Below are positions 1-8,938 of a stretch of DNA of 64,000 bases, one piece after another; within the stretch, counting starts at the first letter, position 1, and every line of letters starts with the position of its first letter. The stretch spans positions 1,823 to 65,822 of the forward strand of contig LCFP01000006.1 of assembly GCA_000999095.1 (NCBI GenBank), given 5' to 3'. Below the pieces are notes generated by a model. That model worked only from the letters and a program-made list of their open reading frames with translations, was not told where the DNA came from and searched no databases. Made by a program: the position numbers and the translations under genes. This DNA comes from Candidatus Gottesmanbacteria bacterium GW2011_GWA2_43_14 (GTDB lineage: Bacteria > Patescibacteriota > Microgenomatia > 2-02-FULL-39-11).

Positions 1-1
1 G

Positions 2-784
2 CCATCCAGGGATGAGGAAGTTGATTTTGCCCTAAAAAACCATATTCCCATCCCGGTCGAAACTGACAATCCGTTCAGTTATGACGATAACATCGCCAGC
101 AACGCCATAAATTACGGAGACATTGATGACGTTGCTAAAGAAGTGCCTGAAAGCGCTTTTAAATGGACAAAACCGATTGATAAAGCACCCGGCAAGCCTG
201 AATGGATCGAACTGGCTTATGAAAACGGTCTGCCGGTTAAATTGAACGGAAAAACTGAAAAACTTTCAGAGATATTTATTAAGCTCAATATTCTCGGCGG
301 TCAGCACGGAGTCGGCAGGATTAACATGCTGGAAAACGGGCTTTACGGCAATAAATTCAAATGGGTTTATGAAGCCCCGGCTGCCCAGATTCTCATATAT
401 GCCCATAAGGAGCTGGAAAAGCTGGTATTGCCCAAGGAAACGCTAATATTTAAGCACGAGGTGGTCGATAAGAGATGGACCAGGCTGGTATATCAGGCGC
501 AGGTTTTCAGTCCATTGGCATCGGCTTTGATGGCTTTTACGGAAAAGGTGCAAAAATACGTTTCCGGCAAGATAGTCCTTAAGCTATACAAAGGGAATAT
601 CACTGTCGCTTCCAGAAACTCCGGCTCTTCCCTCGTTAATATTGAAGCCAAAAATCTGAAGCTGGCTCTGCCTTTGGATGAAGTTCCTTACGGCTTTGAG
701 GAATACTCGTTTGCCTTACGTCATCCTGAAGTTTTTGCAATCCATCTGGGGAAGGCTGATTATGAAAATTTCAAAAAATATTAA
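2..784 (+). CDS. argG: Argininosuccinate synthase-like protein, 5'-truncated by window edge, divergent
   Basis: Frame is open from base 2 (PSRDEEVDFALKNHIPIPV...PFSYDDN). It contains GLPVKLNG, GGQHGVGRINMLEN, YEAPAA and VSGKIVLKLYKGN, typical of the ArgG C-terminal domain. Several substrate-site residues differ from consensus. Confidence 0.8.
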   Translation, partial: PSRDEEVDFALKNHIPIPVETDNPFSYDDNIASNAINYGDIDDVAKEVPESAFKWTKPIDKAPGKPEWIELAYENGLPVKLNGKTEKLSEIFIKLNILGGQHGVGRINMLENGLYGNKFKWVYEAPAAQILIYAHKELEKLVLPKETLIFKHEVVDKRWTRLVYQAQVFSPLASALMAFTEKVQKYVSGKIVLKLYKGNITVASRNSGSSLVNIEAKNLKLALPLDEVPYGFEEYSFALRHPEVFAIHLGKADYENFKKY

Positions 785-2282
785 TCCCTATTGGAGGGAG
801 GGGGAGAGTAAAGATTTCGGCAGGGAGGCCATCGAGTACGCTGCCGGGCAAGATGTCCTTCTGGACCAGGCTTTTGTCCAGTATGAGTGCCTGGTCAACA
901 TGGCCCATCAGGTCATGCTCAGAAAGCAAAAGATAATCAATCCTGAAATAACTGCTAAATTGTTAAAAGGTTTGAAGCGGATAATGTTTCTCGACCAAGC
1001 CGGCAAGTTTATTCTGATAAAAGAACTGGAAGACGTCCACAGCAACGTCGAACAGTATTTAATCCGGAAATACGGCATAGAGACGGGAGGCTATCTCAGG
1101 TTGGGTATTGCCAGAAATGACCAGGTTTACACCGATACCAGGATGTATATGAGGGATAAAATCCTGGCTATTTCCCTGGAGTTGGTTAAATTGATAGAAG
1201 GTCTCAATAAAGCGGCAGAAGCTAATATTTATACTGTCATGCCGGGCTATACCCATCTGAGGGTATCCCAGCCGTTGACCTTCGGCCATTGGCTCACCGC
1301 TAAAGCATTCCATTTTCTTGATGACTTAAGTAATATTATTAAGTATTTTGATATAGTCAACCAATGCCCGTTGGGCATCTTTGAAATGGCCGGAACTCAT
1401 CTTCCCATAGACAGGAATCTGACGGGCAAATTGCTCGGCTTTAATAAACCTACTCCCCACAGCCTTTATACGGCTGATTTGAGAGGGGAGCTTGAAGCAA
1501 AATTAATTGTCGAATTTGCCTTTTTAGCCTTGCATATCAGGAGAACGATGAATGAAATAATCCTCTTTACAACCAATGAGTTTGAGCTTTTTAAGATCGA
1601 TAATCTTTATACAACCGGAGGAACTGCACAGCCGAACCTGGAAAATCCGGATACTTTGGAAGTAATTAGGGCTAATATGGCCTTATTTCTGCCTTCCGCC
1701 GTACAGCTTTTCATGATGATGGATGTGCTGTCATCCGGCTACAACAGGGATAGCCAGCAGACAAAACCGGTTTTATTCAACACGATCAAGGTAATGGCGG
1801 AAGCCTTGCCTGTATTTACCGGAATAGTAACGACATTAAAGCCTAATAAGAAGCAGATGGAAAAACAAGCCAATCTCAATTTTTCCATAGCTCCATCGGT
1901 AGCCATCCAGCTGTCCGTAAAGGGAGGAATATCCTTTCGTGAAGCCCATCGTGTCGTAAAAACCATGATCAGGGAAGGATTTCTGAAAAAGTCATTTTTG
2001 GAAATGACACCGGGGATTATTTCCGAAGCGGCCAAGGAAGCGATCGGCAAAGATTTAAGAGTAAACGAGACCGATATAGCGGAATTTAAAGAAGCCGGGA
2101 AATGCGTCTTACTGCAGGACAGCTTGGGCGGGCCGGCTCCGCAACAGGTCAGGAAAATGATCAAAGCGATAAATTTGAAAACCAATTCATTCAGCAGGCA
2201 GATTACGGATAAAGAAAAAAGGCTGAAAAAGGCAGAGAATTATTTACTGCAGGAAGTAAACAAGCTGATTATGCTAAACTGA
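762..2282 (+). CDS. argH: Argininosuccinate lyase-like protein (fumarase/aspartase superfamily) with divergent signature loop
   Basis: EDVHSNVE, RNDQV, MPGYTHL..SQP, SGYNRD.Q and ISFREAH motifs. ATG at 762 overlaps the argG end and is preferred over 678. Confidence 0.8.
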   Translation: MKISKNINPYWREGESKDFGREAIEYAAGQDVLLDQAFVQYECLVNMAHQVMLRKQKIINPEITAKLLKGLKRIMFLDQAGKFILIKELEDVHSNVEQYLIRKYGIETGGYLRLGIARNDQVYTDTRMYMRDKILAISLELVKLIEGLNKAAEANIYTVMPGYTHLRVSQPLTFGHWLTAKAFHFLDDLSNIIKYFDIVNQCPLGIFEMAGTHLPIDRNLTGKLLGFNKPTPHSLYTADLRGELEAKLIVEFAFLALHIRRTMNEIILFTTNEFELFKIDNLYTTGGTAQPNLENPDTLEVIRANMALFLPSAVQLFMMMDVLSSGYNRDSQQTKPVLFNTIKVMAEALPVFTGIVTTLKPNKKQMEKQANLNFSIAPSVAIQLSVKGGISFREAHRVVKTMIREGFLKKSFLEMTPGIISEAAKEAIGKDLRVNETDIAEFKEAGKCVLLQDSLGGPAPQQVRKMIKAINLKTNSFSRQITDKEKRLKKAENYLLQEVNKLIMLN

Positions 2283-2292
2283 TCTTAAGTTT

Positions 2293-2922
2293 ATGGCAGC
2301 AAAATTTGTTGATCTTACTTTGACTTTGGACAATAAAACACCGGTTTTTCCCGGTGATCCGCCGGTTATCGTGGAGCCAATCGCCTCGCTGGAAAAAGAC
2401 GGTTGTTCGATCCACAGCTTCAGTTTTCCCGGACACTGTTCGACCCATCTGGATGCACCGGCCCATTTTATTGCCGGTGGCCTGAAAATCGATCAAATAC
2501 CAATGGAATGGCTGGTCGGGGAGGGAATCAAGATCAGTCAGCCCGAAAATACAAAGGTTATTGAACTGTCTGGGGATCTATTCAAAAGCAAGCCGAAAAT
2601 TGTTTTGATTCAGACAAACTATATCAATACTATTCAAAGTAAATCATACTTTACCGACCACCCGTTGCTTTCCGAAAAATCGGCCAAAATTCTGATTGCG
2701 GCCGGAGTGAAAATGGTCGGCATGGACTGGCCGAGTCCTGATAAAGAGCCGTTTAATATCCATAAGATTCTCCTTGCGAAAAACGTTTTGATCCTGGAAA
2801 ACGTCTGCAATCTCGATCTTTTGCCCGCATCAGGCTTCCGCGTCCATGTCCTGCCGTTGAAAAGCCCGACGGACGGTGCCCCGGCAAGAGTAATCGCGGA
2901 AATCATGGGGGAATCACTATGA
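2293..2922 (+). CDS. Cyclase family metal-dependent amidohydrolase (kynurenine formamidase-like)
   Basis: PVFPGDP, HCSTHLDAPAHF (HxGTHxDxPxH-like), GMDWPSPD, ILEN, DGAPARVIA. Confidence 0.85.
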   Translation: MAAKFVDLTLTLDNKTPVFPGDPPVIVEPIASLEKDGCSIHSFSFPGHCSTHLDAPAHFIAGGLKIDQIPMEWLVGEGIKISQPENTKVIELSGDLFKSKPKIVLIQTNYINTIQSKSYFTDHPLLSEKSAKILIAAGVKMVGMDWPSPDKEPFNIHKILLAKNVLILENVCNLDLLPASGFRVHVLPLKSPTDGAPARVIAEIMGESL

Positions 2923-5618
2923 AATTTACAATCGATCCGAAGATTTTTGAGAAATATCCCGGGGTGGAGATAGGGGTAATCGTTATCAAAGGCATGGACA
3001 ATTCCGGCCGGGATGAAGGGATATTAAAGCTGTTGCGGATGGAGGAAGCCAACCAGAAAAAGCTGCTGGCAGAGACGGAATTGGGTTCATTGGCGGAAAT
3101 AGCTGCCTGGAGGGAGATTTACCGTTCATTCGGCTCCCACCCCAAAGACGACCGCTCTTCTATTGAAGCTCTTTTGAGGCGGGCAAGAGCCGGGAATAAG
3201 GAAATCCCGCATATCAACAAGCTGGTAGACCTTTATAATTATCTTTCCCTCAAACACCATTTGCCGGCCGGGGCTGAAGATCTAGATAAAATCAAAGGCG
3301 ACATCAGGCTGACTTTTGCTGACGGGTCTGAGGAAGGTAAGACCATCGGATCCGAACAGCCGGAAAAATGCGATGCCGGCGAGGTCTTTTACAGAGACGA
3401 TGAAAGCTTTATCTGCCGCAAGTGGAACTGGCGTGAAGCCGACAGGACCAAGATCGGCAAGGACAGCGGTAATGCGGTTCTGGTTATCGAAAAAGCTCCG
3501 CCTGTTTTCCGGGAAAAGTTAGAGGAGGCTTTGGCGGAAACAGAAGGACTTATAAAAAAGCACCTCAAGGCGGAAACGGAAATTTCCGTTTTGTCAGGGG
3601 ATATACAATCGATGAATCTTGTTTTCATCCCGTCTAAAAAAGAGGCGGTAAAACGGATGAAAGTTCCGCCGGTAAAAATCACCAACCCTCTACTTTCACA
3701 AGCGGAATCTTTCACAGCAGAAATAGTTAAGAACGTACTTTTTTCGGCTGTCAAAAAACTCTATCCTGAAAGCGAGATTAATTACTATGATATAAAACTA
3801 GAACATCCTTCTAATGAAAACTATGGGGACTACTCATCTAATATAGCCATGATTATGGCTTCTAAAATTAAAATCAAGCCTATTAAACTGGCTGAAAACA
3901 TTAGTAGGGAGCTAAATGACTATATAGGAAGAGGTCAATCGATATCATATATATCTCATAGTAAAGAATCTAAAGAGGTTGAATTCATTGTTTCAGATAT
4001 CCTGGAGAATTCAAATGGAGTGGTACCAGGCTTTATCAACCTGAAGCTGGCCGAAAAATTCCTTATCAGTCAAATGGGTGAAGTGCCAGATTCTAAAAAG
4101 AGCGTGAAAACGGTCAAAACAGACCCATTCTCTTACAAATTTCTTACGGGAAAAAAGTTGATTTTTGAATTTACCGACCCCAATCCTTTTAAGGAGTTTC
4201 ATATCGGGCACTTATACAGTAATGCCGTCGGCGAGACGATTGCCAGGACAAGCGAGGAGCTCGGAGCGGATGTCAGACGGGCCAATTATTTCGGGGATGT
4301 CGGGATGCATGTGGCAAAATCGATCTGGGGAATGAAGAAGCTGGACAAAAAAATGGAAGATAAATCCCTGGGGGAAAAAGTCAAATATTTGGGTGAAGCT
4401 TATGCTTTGGGGGCGACCGCTTACGGGGAGGACGATAAAGCCAAAGAAGAAATGACCAGAATAAATTTCCTGGTTTTTATTGCCGCCCAGGAGTATATGC
4501 AGAAGAAGATGAAGTGGATACCTCAGATTGATTACCGCCAGTTTATCCGGCCGGATGAAAAAGAGACAGAGGAAGTCGCCGCTTTGTTTGAAAAAGGCCG
4601 TGAATGGAGTCTGGCCTATTTTGAAAGCATTTATGAGCGGTTGGGAACAAAATTCGACTACTATTATCCGGAATCGATTGTCGGTGAATACGGCATGCAG
4701 ACAGTAAAGGATGCCCTGGAGAAGGGTATATTCGAAAAAAGCGACGGGGCAGTAGTTTTCCATGGTGAAAAATACGGACTGCATACCAGGGTTTTTGTTA
4801 ACGCTTTAGGCCTGCCGACTTATGAGGCCAAAGAACTGGGTTTGGCCCCGACAAAATATAAGGATTTTCAATATGATTTTTCGATGATCATAACGGCCAA
4901 GGAAATCAACGAATACTTCCAGGTGCTTCTCAAAGTACTTTCGTTTCTAAAGCCGGAATTGGCTGCCAAAACCCGGCATCTGGGCCACGGCATAGTCAGA
5001 CTGCCGGAAGGCAAAATGAGCTCGAGGACAGGCAAGATAGTCACCGGGGAAAAGCTTTTGGAGATGGTGAAGGCAAAGCTAAAAGAGCGACTGGATACAA
5101 CCAAATCAGACCAGTACACAAAAGAAGAATCCGAGCTCATTTTGGAGAAAACTGCGGTGGCCGCCGTCAAATACTCCATGCTGAAAGTCGCTCTGCCGGC
5201 AGACCTGGTTTTTGATTTGGAAAAATCGGTTAATTTCGACGGTGACAGCGGGCCATATCTCCAGTATACCTATGCCAGATGCCGGAGCGTTTTGAGAAAA
5301 GCTGAAGAATCAGGCGTCAAAAGAGCATCGGAAGCTCCGGTTGATTTGAATAAGGAAGAGAAGAATCTGCTGAGAACATTCTATAAATTCGAAGAAGCGG
5401 TTTTGGAAGCAGGCAAAAATTTCTCACCGTCAACAATTGCCGGCTACCTTTATGATTTGGCCCAGAAATACAATCTTTTTTACAGTAAACACTCAATACT
5501 CGGCAAGGGGAAGGCCCTACCGGCCACACAATTCCGCATAGCTTTGACACAAACTACTTCAGAAATAGTTAAAAAAGGTCTATGGCTGTTGGGGATTGAG
5601 ACAGTTGAGAAAATGTGA
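2919..5618 (+). CDS. argS: Arginine--tRNA ligase with N-terminal B3/4 (PheRS beta editing-like) domain
   Basis: Residues ~1-230 are B3/4-like (AWREIYRSFG, SSIEALLRR, INKLVDLYNYLS, GAEDLD, WNWRE). Then GDYSSN, HIGH motif (NPFKEFHIGH), KMSSRTG, GDSGPYLQYTYAR and a GIETVEKM terminus typical of ArgRS. Confidence 0.93.
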   Translation: MKFTIDPKIFEKYPGVEIGVIVIKGMDNSGRDEGILKLLRMEEANQKKLLAETELGSLAEIAAWREIYRSFGSHPKDDRSSIEALLRRARAGNKEIPHINKLVDLYNYLSLKHHLPAGAEDLDKIKGDIRLTFADGSEEGKTIGSEQPEKCDAGEVFYRDDESFICRKWNWREADRTKIGKDSGNAVLVIEKAPPVFREKLEEALAETEGLIKKHLKAETEISVLSGDIQSMNLVFIPSKKEAVKRMKVPPVKITNPLLSQAESFTAEIVKNVLFSAVKKLYPESEINYYDIKLEHPSNENYGDYSSNIAMIMASKIKIKPIKLAENISRELNDYIGRGQSISYISHSKESKEVEFIVSDILENSNGVVPGFINLKLAEKFLISQMGEVPDSKKSVKTVKTDPFSYKFLTGKKLIFEFTDPNPFKEFHIGHLYSNAVGETIARTSEELGADVRRANYFGDVGMHVAKSIWGMKKLDKKMEDKSLGEKVKYLGEAYALGATAYGEDDKAKEEMTRINFLVFIAAQEYMQKKMKWIPQIDYRQFIRPDEKETEEVAALFEKGREWSLAYFESIYERLGTKFDYYYPESIVGEYGMQTVKDALEKGIFEKSDGAVVFHGEKYGLHTRVFVNALGLPTYEAKELGLAPTKYKDFQYDFSMIITAKEINEYFQVLLKVLSFLKPELAAKTRHLGHGIVRLPEGKMSSRTGKIVTGEKLLEMVKAKLKERLDTTKSDQYTKEESELILEKTAVAAVKYSMLKVALPADLVFDLEKSVNFDGDSGPYLQYTYARCRSVLRKAEESGVKRASEAPVDLNKEEKNLLRTFYKFEEAVLEAGKNFSPSTIAGYLYDLAQKYNLFYSKHSILGKGKALPATQFRIALTQTTSEIVKKGLWLLGIETVEKM

Positions 5619-5638
5619 CAACATAAGACTGTACTCTC

Positions 5639-6433
5639 ATGAGAAAGTATCTGCCCGTCCTAATATTTTTCATAAATCTACTGCTTCTGGGAAAAATCCA
5701 GGTGGTGGCACAGACACCTCCCAAAACAATCAAGCTGGGCACTTTTTCGCCTCCGCCTACCAGGACGCCTACCAGGACACCGACCAAAACCCCGACCAGG
5801 ACACCTACTTCGGTTGTGCCAACTATTACCGGCCAAATTCCGACTTCCTCTGCCACAGATTCTCCTGAACCCACCAATTCGGATGACGGAGGAGGGAATA
5901 ACGGCGGCGATCCTGCTGACTGCGCCAAAATCGGATTATCGATGTATGTGCCTCAGCCGCGTTTTCTTGAAAGTACGACCCTTTGTGAGCAGGGTACGAT
6001 CTGGCCACCTTACCTGCCTTCGTTTGTGCCTAGCAATCTGACCAATCTTGACAATGCCCTGGGCGGCCAGTTCTGGGTCCGTACGAACAGCATAAAGATA
6101 AAAAGCGGCATCACCGGCAACCTGGCATCTTTTTTGGAATATATGGAGAAGCAGCCGGGCTGTACGGTTTTTGTCGGCTACGGCTACCGTTCTTATGCCG
6201 AGCAGGAAGGTTTGTGGTACGGAAACGATTGCCCGACCAATCCGGGTTGCGGAGTGGCTCCCCCCGGCAAAAGCAGCCACCAGGCGGGAATTGCACTGGA
6301 CCTTTTTTGCGCTGAAATGATAGGATCTGATATAAACTTAAAAGTAGTACCGGCGGCGGCCATTACCAATGCCAAGAATTTTGATTTTATCCATCCCGTT
6401 TCCTGGGATACGCCGCATTTCATAGGATTATAA
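5639..6433 (+). CDS. Exported M15-family (VanY-like) D-Ala-D-Ala carboxypeptidase/peptidoglycan peptidase with Pro/Thr linker
   Basis: Signal peptide, TPTR repeats, GYRSYAEQ, PPGKSSHQAGIALD (SxHxxGxAxD) and terminal WDTPHF. Confidence 0.8.
   Translation: MRKYLPVLIFFINLLLLGKIQVVAQTPPKTIKLGTFSPPPTRTPTRTPTKTPTRTPTSVVPTITGQIPTSSATDSPEPTNSDDGGGNNGGDPADCAKIGLSMYVPQPRFLESTTLCEQGTIWPPYLPSFVPSNLTNLDNALGGQFWVRTNSIKIKSGITGNLASFLEYMEKQPGCTVFVGYGYRSYAEQEGLWYGNDCPTNPGCGVAPPGKSSHQAGIALDLFCAEMIGSDINLKVVPAAAITNAKNFDFIHPVSWDTPHFIGL
5756..5809 (+). repeat. Coding 12-bp tandem repeat (PTRT/PTKT linker)
   Basis: cctaccaggacg-like units repeated about 4.5 times. Confidence 0.8.
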
Positions 6434-6434
6434 A

Positions 6435-6755
6435 ATGAGAGAAATAAAAATATATACTTTGTTAGCTATTTTTGCAGTAGTTATGCTTTTGATAGTGTTT
6501 GGTGTTATATTCCTGTCCGGCACAGGTAAAGATGCAGAAAGAATAGAGGAGGCTGAAACTGAAAATGAATTTGTACCGCCACAGGATTTCGAGTACGACG
6601 AGAATTTAATTGAAGATTTTAATAACGCTCCCGTCAAAGTTGAATATGATTACACCCTCTCAAGCGGTGAAAAGATTACCATCCGCATCCCCGAAGGAGT
6701 CGATCCGCCTCCTCAGGCCGCAGTCGAGAAGATGTACAGGGAGAGGAAGGAGTAA
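6435..6755 (+). CDS. Small N-terminally anchored acidic hypothetical protein
   Basis: One N-terminal hydrophobic helix; directly follows the M15 peptidase gene. Confidence 0.7.
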   Translation: MREIKIYTLLAIFAVVMLLIVFGVIFLSGTGKDAERIEEAETENEFVPPQDFEYDENLIEDFNNAPVKVEYDYTLSSGEKITIRIPEGVDPPPQAAVEKMYRERKE

Positions 6756-6774
6756 AAATTAATATAACAATTTA

Positions 6775-6803
6775 TTGACTCTTTTCTTAATTCGTCTTAA
6801 GCT
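6775..6803 (+). promoter_or_regulatory. Sigma70-type promoter TTGACT-N17-TAAGCT
   Basis: Exact 17-nt spacer; the same hexamers recur at 8902-8930 before the paralogous module. Confidence 0.65.
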
Positions 6804-6820
6804 GGAAATAACACCTGCCC

Positions 6821-7840
6821 ATGAGAGATTTTATTGCCCGGATTTTGATAAGCCGGATTGGCATCATTTTTTTATTGTTTATTCTGGTTCTCAGCCTGTT
6901 TGCCGGATACAGTGTTCTTTCCCGTCAAAAAGCACCGCAGCCTGAATATGTCTGCGGAGGCAAAAACTGTTTTGCCGGCTGCTGCGTCCGCGGCAAATGC
7001 CAGCAAAAAGGCATCAATATTGCCGGTTATACTTGTTTTGGTGAGAATAAGTGGGAAACGCCCGACAAAAAAGGTATTGCCTCCGGCACGCCCTATGCGG
7101 TCATAGATGCGGTCACGGGAAAAAGTTCTGTCCCTGATCCGGATGACCCGGCGACAGTGGTAGCCACAGTAGGGCAGGAGAGAATTTTCCAGAAAGACCT
7201 CGACAGCGAAATCTCGCTTTACCCGCCTCAATACAGTCCTGATATCAGAAAAATCCTGATCGATAAGATCAGTGAAGATTCGACACTTCTGCAGAAGGCA
7301 GCCAAAGAAGGAGATGTGGTTTTGGATGAGACTGTTTTTGATACGGTTGACAAGGATTACAGCAAACGGCTGGAGCTGGTCAAAGAAGTAAAAGGGATTT
7401 TTGATTCCCGCCAGAACAGTCTATCGGGCACAATCATCTCCATCTGGTTTTACAATGAGAAGATAGGGCCTTTGGGTTACGAGAAAGGCAAGCAGTTGGC
7501 CTTCCAGAAAATCGATGCCCTCCAGCGGAATGTCAAAAACGGCAATTTAACTTTGGAAGAAGCTGTTGATATCATAAAAAATGACAGGGAGCTGGAACAG
7601 ATTGACAAATCATACAAATCCAACGCTTCATTCCGTTTCGATGTCAGGGAAGGCCAAAAGATCAGCCTTGATCCCGGTTTTGACAGCCAGTTGTGGCAAC
7701 TGTCCGACGGGGATGTTTCCGATGTTTTTCTGGCCAAGGATATACCCGAGTATGATGCGCCGGCGGTTGATGCAGTCTATATGTTTGCCAGGATCGACCG
7801 TAGGCAAATTGCGGAAACCGTAAAGGAGCAGAATTTATGA
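6821..7840 (+). CDS. Membrane-anchored protein with Cys-rich N-module and SurA/PrsA-like foldase region
   Basis: TM helix, CGGKNCFAGCCVRGKC..G..IAGYTC...W.TP module, VVATVGQERI/LLQKAAKEG (SurA N-like) and FDSQLWQLSDGDVSDVF (parvulin-like). Confidence 0.6.
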   Translation: MRDFIARILISRIGIIFLLFILVLSLFAGYSVLSRQKAPQPEYVCGGKNCFAGCCVRGKCQQKGINIAGYTCFGENKWETPDKKGIASGTPYAVIDAVTGKSSVPDPDDPATVVATVGQERIFQKDLDSEISLYPPQYSPDIRKILIDKISEDSTLLQKAAKEGDVVLDETVFDTVDKDYSKRLELVKEVKGIFDSRQNSLSGTIISIWFYNEKIGPLGYEKGKQLAFQKIDALQRNVKNGNLTLEEAVDIIKNDRELEQIDKSYKSNASFRFDVREGQKISLDPGFDSQLWQLSDGDVSDVFLAKDIPEYDAPAVDAVYMFARIDRRQIAETVKEQNL

Positions 7841-8898
7841 AAAAAATAATCTTAACAGCAATCTTTTTGGGTGTGTTTTTCATCCCGCAAAAAGCCGAAG
7901 CCTATGCTCCGCCGGTCTTCGGCTACGTCAAAACCAAAACTGGCGCCCCGATTGCCGGAATAGCCATCAAATGGCAGGATGCGGAAAATAATTCCTGGTT
8001 CGTCTTTACCGATAATACGGGATATTTCCGCTACCCGGTTTATAACCTGATCAGTAAAAGTATCCGGAAGGATATGTATAACCACATGATTGATACAGAT
8101 ATGGACAGTCTTTCCGACAGCCGGGAAAACAGTATTTTGCCGGGAGACGACGAAGATAAAACCTATGGAGGATTCGGCTGCAGCACCAATCCGCATAAAA
8201 TCACAGCTGTCATGCCCAAAAGCTGGAAAGGAGCTTTTTCCGTACCACCACCGTTTGAGATGGCTCCCGGAGACGAACTCAACAATTCCATGGCTGAGGC
8301 TAAAGTGGTCGATATAATTTACGATCCTAACGCCATGCCTCCTGTTTCGGTTACTCCGACAGGAGTAAAGCCGCCTGTTTCGGTTACTCCTGCTTCCTCA
8401 TGCAACTGTGAAAGCATGACCGTCACCAATAATTTGAGAGTCGGGGAGTTGATTACGATAAGCACCAAAGCAAATACTCCAGTACCGGATTTAGCCGAAG
8501 TCAGGGAAATGGTTTATCACGTCGAGAAAAACGGAGTGGAAATCCTCAAGTCTTTGCCTTTGAAAGCTGAGGAAATTACCGGTTCATACGGCCGCTATCA
8601 AACATCCTGGAAATACCGGATTCCGACAGGAGCAGAATCACCTGGAGAATACCATGTCCATGCCGACATAATTTGTGCCAAAAAGACGGCTGACAACATA
8701 GATAGCGATAGCCGGCAAAGTCTTTGGTCGGGGATATTGGGTATGTTTTTTCAGCCGAACCCCATCTCTGCCCAGGATTGGACATCCGATGTGACCGTAG
8801 TTGCGCCTTCCGGCGTCAATTCGCTTCAGCTGGGGACTTTTCATCCGGTCGTAAACCTGAAATTGGGCTGTAAAGACATGTATTTTACCATCAGATAA
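7837..8898 (+). CDS. Secreted hypothetical protein with C-terminal domain shared with 10212..12545
   Basis: Signal peptide (AEA-Y). The C-terminal CxC...YHVEK.GVEI...GRYQT.W...IIC...SLQLGTFHPV.NLK.GCK region aligns with the paralog. Confidence 0.7.
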   Translation: MKKIILTAIFLGVFFIPQKAEAYAPPVFGYVKTKTGAPIAGIAIKWQDAENNSWFVFTDNTGYFRYPVYNLISKSIRKDMYNHMIDTDMDSLSDSRENSILPGDDEDKTYGGFGCSTNPHKITAVMPKSWKGAFSVPPPFEMAPGDELNNSMAEAKVVDIIYDPNAMPPVSVTPTGVKPPVSVTPASSCNCESMTVTNNLRVGELITISTKANTPVPDLAEVREMVYHVEKNGVEILKSLPLKAEEITGSYGRYQTSWKYRIPTGAESPGEYHVHADIICAKKTADNIDSDSRQSLWSGILGMFFQPNPISAQDWTSDVTVVAPSGVNSLQLGTFHPVVNLKLGCKDMYFTIR

Positions 8899-8901
8899 GT
8901 A

Positions 8902-8930
8902 TTGACTGGGAAGCGAATAATTCATAAGCT
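8902..8930 (+). promoter_or_regulatory. Sigma70-type promoter TTGACT-N17-TAAGCT, probably leaderless transcript
   Basis: Same hexamers and spacer as 6775-6803; ATG lies 8 nt after the -10. Confidence 0.65.
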
Positions 8931-8938
8931 GAAAATAG

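Noticed and set aside
678-761. Longer N-terminus for argH
   Set aside because: It overlaps argG by over 100 nt; ATG 762 gives typical coupling and length.
8821-8898. LGTF motif as a sortase sorting signal
   Set aside because: It is not LPxTG-like and is not followed by a TM helix and basic tail.
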